The notes under the pieces: generated by a model | What the model saw: the letters and a program-made list of their open reading frames with translations, nothing else | What the model was told of the DNA's origin: nothing | Database searches by the model: none | Part shown: positions 60,752 to 64,000 of the stretch, piece after piece | Layout of the letters: each line of letters starts with the position of its first letter | How positions within the stretch are numbered: the first letter of the stretch is position 1 | Made by a program: the position numbers and the translations under genes | Assembly (NCBI GenBank): GCA_964434345.1 | Contig: CAYSUY010000001.1 | Location: 8,681-72,680, forward strand | Direction: 5' to 3' | Source of the DNA: an uncultured Acetobacteraceae bacterium | GTDB taxonomy: Bacteria; Pseudomonadota; Alphaproteobacteria; CACIAM-22H2 | Length of the DNA stretch: 64,000 bases

Positions 60752-62293
60752 TCAGCGGAAGCCCATCGTGCGGCAGACGAGGATGTTGTCGATATCGAGC
60801 GTCACACCGCCGATGTTCTTCGCGGCGACGATCAGGCCGATGTCGTAGCTGTTGGTCGCGACGCCGAACGACGTCTCGACGAGCACCTTGTTGAGGTTGT
60901 CGTAGGCGGCCTTGACCTCCGGCCCCGAACCGAGCGCGCTGTCGACGCGCTGGATCGCGGCGACGTATTCGGGATGCGGGTGCGGATTGCCGAGGATCGG
61001 ATTGTTGACGGTCCGGTAGATGCTGTTCGTGGTCAGGCGGCTGGGGAATTTCTGCACGTTGCCGACCCCGCCGAACGTCGCCGCGAACTTGCCGGTCAGC
61101 AGCGCGTCGACGTATTCGGCGCCCTGCTTCACGTCGAGATCGACCTTGAGGCCGACGCGGGTCAGCGTGCCCTGGACGATCTGCGTGATCGCGACGCTGT
61201 CCTGGTTGCCGCCATCGACCAGGATCTTCCAGTCCTGCATCTCGGCGTCGGGCAGGCCGGACTCCTTGAGTAGGGCGCGGGCCTTGTCGAGATCGAAGGC
61301 AAAGCGGGTGTTGTACGAGGCGTCGAAGGCCGGATTGGCCGGCGCCCAGGGCAGGGCCGTGACCTGACCCAGGCCGGCATACCCGACGCGCAGGATCGCG
61401 GCGCGGTCCATGAGATGGTTGAAGGCCTGCCGGAACTTCGCGTTGCGGAACGGCCCGCGCGTGGTGTTGATGCGGAACACCTGGACGAGCGGCCCGGGCC
61501 CCTGGAACACCTGATATCCGGCATTGCGCAGGCGAGCCGCGGCGCGCGCGCCACCGCCATAGATCAGGTCGACCGAGCCGGATTCGAGCGCCGCGCTGGC
61601 GGAATCGTTGTCGCTGAAGATCGTGAACACGACCTCGCTGGCCACCGGTTCGCCACTGCGCCAATAGGCCTTGTTCGCCGTCAGCACCAGTCGCTGGCCG
61701 AGGACACGCTCGGACACGACGAAGGGACCGGTGCCGCCGGCCTTCGTCTCGACCGTGTCGATCACGGTGGGGTCGATGATCGCGATGAACTGGAGCAGGT
61801 CGGTGATCTGCTTTTCGGGCACCGGCGCCTTGAAGTTCAGCCGGATCGTGCGGGGGTCGACGACGGTCCAGTCCTGCACGATCGACATCGTCGGGAAGAT
61901 GTTCTTGCCCTTCGCGGGATCGGCGCATTTCTTGAGGTTGACGGCCACCGCCTCGGCGTCGAGCGCGCCTCCGGCGTGGAACTTGACGTCGCCACGCAGG
62001 GTGAGCGTCACCGACTTGCTGTCGGGTGCCACGCTCCACGCCGAGGCGAGGTTCGGGACCGCCTTGCCGTCCGGGGTGTACTCGATGAGGCTGTCGTAGC
62101 AGTTCTTCATGATCGGCATGTTGATCGACGAGAACTGGTGCGGATCGAAATTGGCGATGTCTGCGAGCAGCGCGACGCGCAGCCGCCCGCCCCGCAGCGC
62201 CTGCGCCGAGGCCGGGGCGAAGGGCAGCGCCGCCGCCGCGCCGATCATCAGCGTTCCCTTGAGGCCGTCCCGTCGCGTGAATCCCTTGCTCAT
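60752..62293 (-). CDS. peptide/nickel-type ABC transporter substrate-binding protein (family 5)
   Basis: Start at MSKGFTRRDGLKGTLMIGAAAALPFAPASAQA (62293; SD GGAGGGA upstream). 513 aa, family-5 SBP character. Confidence 0.85.
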   Translation of the reverse strand: MSKGFTRRDGLKGTLMIGAAAALPFAPASAQALRGGRLRVALLADIANFDPHQFSSINMPIMKNCYDSLIEYTPDGKAVPNLASAWSVAPDSKSVTLTLRGDVKFHAGGALDAEAVAVNLKKCADPAKGKNIFPTMSIVQDWTVVDPRTIRLNFKAPVPEKQITDLLQFIAIIDPTVIDTVETKAGGTGPFVVSERVLGQRLVLTANKAYWRSGEPVASEVVFTIFSDNDSASAALESGSVDLIYGGGARAAARLRNAGYQVFQGPGPLVQVFRINTTRGPFRNAKFRQAFNHLMDRAAILRVGYAGLGQVTALPWAPANPAFDASYNTRFAFDLDKARALLKESGLPDAEMQDWKILVDGGNQDSVAITQIVQGTLTRVGLKVDLDVKQGAEYVDALLTGKFAATFGGVGNVQKFPSRLTTNSIYRTVNNPILGNPHPHPEYVAAIQRVDSALGSGPEVKAAYDNLNKVLVETSFGVATNSYDIGLIVAAKNIGGVTLDIDNILVCRTMGFR

Positions 62294-62401
62294 GCGAATC
62301 TCCCTCCGCTTTCGCGCGGCCATCCCAACCGACGGCCGTTCGAGGTCAGCTTTGGGAAACGGGATCGCCCTTGTCAAACCCCCGTTCCAGCCGCCGAAAC
62401 G

Positions 62402-63883
62402 TCAGCCGCGCCGGCTCGTGACCGGCTCGAGTGGCCAGATCGGCCGCGGCAGCCGGCGCCAGGGCAGGGTCTCGACCTGGGACTGACCGGGGCCGGTCGT
62501 GTCGACGCGGATCACCCGGGAGGCGATCGGCGCGAAATACTGGAAGTTCGACGCGGTCTTCAGCACCGCCATCTTGTAGTCGCGCGGCTCGATACCGAAG
62601 GCCCGGTAGACGTCGGGCACGTTGCCGGCAAGGCCGCGCAATTCGCTGACCAGCAGGGTCGTCGGTCCGACATCGAAGACGACCGTGCAGCCCATATCGA
62701 CCTCCGGCTGCGTATGATCGGCGACGCGCACGATGCCGCCACCGACATGCCGGACGATCCCGGTCACCTCCAGCGGCCGAAAGAACTCCGTGGCCGCGTG
62801 GCCGCCCACCGGAAGCGTCACCGTCGCGCCGACGCCGGCCGCGGCGAGCCGCAGCGCGGTGACCGGCTCGATCAGCGGAACCAGCGCACGGCCGGCGATC
62901 TTCAGCCGCAGCATCGATTCCAGGATCAGGTTGCTGTCGCCCGCGGCGCCGCCGAACACGGTGTCGCCCGTGTCGCTCAGCACGACGACGCCAGCGGCCT
63001 CCGCGTCCGCCATGCGGACCGCGTCGTCGATCGATACCGCCTCGCGGATCTGGAAGGCATCGCGCATCGACCAGGCGAGGTCGGCGAGCTCGTCCGCCAG
63101 ACGTTCGGCGAGGGGCTGGTCGCCATCCGTCACGACGACCGTCGCCCAGCCGCCCTCGGCGACGTCGAGCCAGGGCTGCATCGGATAGTTGGAGGCCTGG
63201 AGAACGCGCGGATCGGCGGCCTCCATCGCGCGGGCCCGATCGAACCAGGTCTTCATTGGATGGCGCGAGGTCAGGAACTGTTCCTGATGCGTGACCATCG
63301 GGATCTTGCGCCATGCCATCGTCGGTCGCACCTCGCCGGCCGCGATGCGGATCAGCAATTCGGCACCGATGCGTCCGGTGTCGAAGGGATCGTGCGGCTG
63401 CGTGCGATGGCCGACGATCGCCGTCGACAGGTCGACCATGCGCTGCGTCACGTTGGCATGATGATCGAGCGACACGACGATCGGCACGTCCGGCCCCAGA
63501 ACCTCCCGGCAGATCGCGAGCTGTGCTCCCTCGACGTCGTCGACCCCTTCCGCGGCGCAGGCGCCGTGCAGCTGCAGCGCAAGCCCGTCGATCCGTCCAG
63601 CGCGTCGCAGCCCGTCACGGATGCGCGCCTCGAAGAACAGCCGGCACTCCGTGGTGATGCGCCCGCCCGCCGTGGCCCAGCCGCGGGTGATCGGAACCGA
63701 TTCGATCGCGCGGCCCGACGCCTGTACCGCGGCGAGATATCCGCCGACCTGCCCGATGTCGCCCAGCTTCTCGAAGATCTCCGCACCGTCGTAGAGACCG
63801 AAGGCGCGGAAGTCGCGCATCGTCGTCGGCACCGGATTGAAGTCGTTGGTCTCCTGACCGATGTTGATCAGCGCGAGGCGCAT
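62402..63883 (-). CDS. M81-family metallopeptidase (MlrC-like)
   Basis: Start at MRLALINIGQETNDFNP (63883). HGA..EG..D.EG and SLDHHANV strings are typical of the MlrC N- and C-domain family. Confidence 0.8.
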   Translation of the reverse strand: MRLALINIGQETNDFNPVPTTMRDFRAFGLYDGAEIFEKLGDIGQVGGYLAAVQASGRAIESVPITRGWATAGGRITTECRLFFEARIRDGLRRAGRIDGLALQLHGACAAEGVDDVEGAQLAICREVLGPDVPIVVSLDHHANVTQRMVDLSTAIVGHRTQPHDPFDTGRIGAELLIRIAAGEVRPTMAWRKIPMVTHQEQFLTSRHPMKTWFDRARAMEAADPRVLQASNYPMQPWLDVAEGGWATVVVTDGDQPLAERLADELADLAWSMRDAFQIREAVSIDDAVRMADAEAAGVVVLSDTGDTVFGGAAGDSNLILESMLRLKIAGRALVPLIEPVTALRLAAAGVGATVTLPVGGHAATEFFRPLEVTGIVRHVGGGIVRVADHTQPEVDMGCTVVFDVGPTTLLVSELRGLAGNVPDVYRAFGIEPRDYKMAVLKTASNFQYFAPIASRVIRVDTTGPGQSQVETLPWRRLPRPIWPLEPVTSRRG

Positions 63884-63949
63884 GGCGTGTTTTCCCCTTC
63901 GAAAGCGGCGGCCCCCCGGGCCGCGTTGCACGCGGCGGACGCGGCGGCG

Positions 63950-64000
63950 TCACGCCAGATGATGGGTCTCGGCGAGGCCGTGGACGGGCGTCTCGATGCC
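63950..64000 (-). CDS. 3' end of an unidentified CDS running off the window
   Basis: 16 open codons (..GIETPVHGLAETHHLA-stop) with G/C at 14 of 16 third positions. Too short to identify. Confidence 0.25.
   Translation of the reverse strand, partial: GIETPVHGLAETHHLA

Noticed and set aside
58538-61273. 911-aa + strand ORF opposite the peptide ABC ATPase and SBP genes
   Set aside because: Antisense shadow frame with Arg/Gly/Asp/Ala-rich composition. The minus strand carries Walker and signature motifs.
1-64000. Looked for CRISPR arrays, tandem or interspersed repeats, tRNA/rRNA genes, transposases, integrases, phage genes, toxin-antitoxin pairs and known defence-system genes
   Set aside because: I saw none. 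Every gap longer than about 100 nt was read on both strands and contains only hairpins or promoter-like sequence. The two Mo-hydroxylase clusters are diverged paralogues, recognisable at protein level only, not a recent DNA repeat.

Overview
Very GC-rich bacterial chromosomal segment (about 70% G+C by eye, not computed). Gene content looks proteobacterial, probably alphaproteobacterial; that is an inference. The window is densely coding: about 56 protein-coding genes can be supported. I saw no rRNA, tRNA, CRISPR array, transposase, integrase or prophage genes. Because of the GC content, the six-frame track is full of long shadow or antisense ORFs rich in Arg/Pro/Gly/Asp. I kept only frames with recognisable family motifs. 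Start codons were re-chosen from homologue-like N-termini, Shine-Dalgarno (SD) sequences and ATGA/GTGA overlaps. All family assignments were made by eye from memory of motifs; nothing was searched.

Layout:
- 1-10 kb: two sugar-type ABC importers without ATPase genes, interleaved with SnoaL-like ester-cyclase proteins, a bicupin and a MetE-like protein.
- 10-22.5 kb: mixed housekeeping genes (pncA, SDR, thpR, AGE-family epimerase, aldo-keto reductase, FIST, tesA-ybbA-ybbP, BI-1/YccA, DSD1-type PLP enzyme, ubiC-like).
- 22.5-29 kb: redox genes plus a signal-less penicillin-acylase homologue.
- 29-42.8 kb: a phosphorelay island with 3 hybrid histidine kinases, one degenerate kinase-like protein, 2 HPt domains, 6 receiver domains, an OmpR-type regulator, a REC-EAL protein and 2 orphan periplasmic binding proteins.
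- 42.8-56.6 kb: the most unusual part. Two paralogous periplasmic xanthine-oxidase-family Mo-hydroxylase modules (2Fe-2S plus molybdopterin subunits) are each adjacent to a fused SoxY-SoxZ-like thiol carrier. A SoxX-SoxA fusion cytochrome, a tri-haem cytochrome c, and Sel1 and Kelch repeat proteins accompany them, with no soxB/soxCD.
- 56.7-64 kb: a peptide ABC importer with an MlrC/M81-like peptidase.

The best candidate for an undescribed system is the Mo-hydroxylase / SoxYZ-like / SoxXA cluster.
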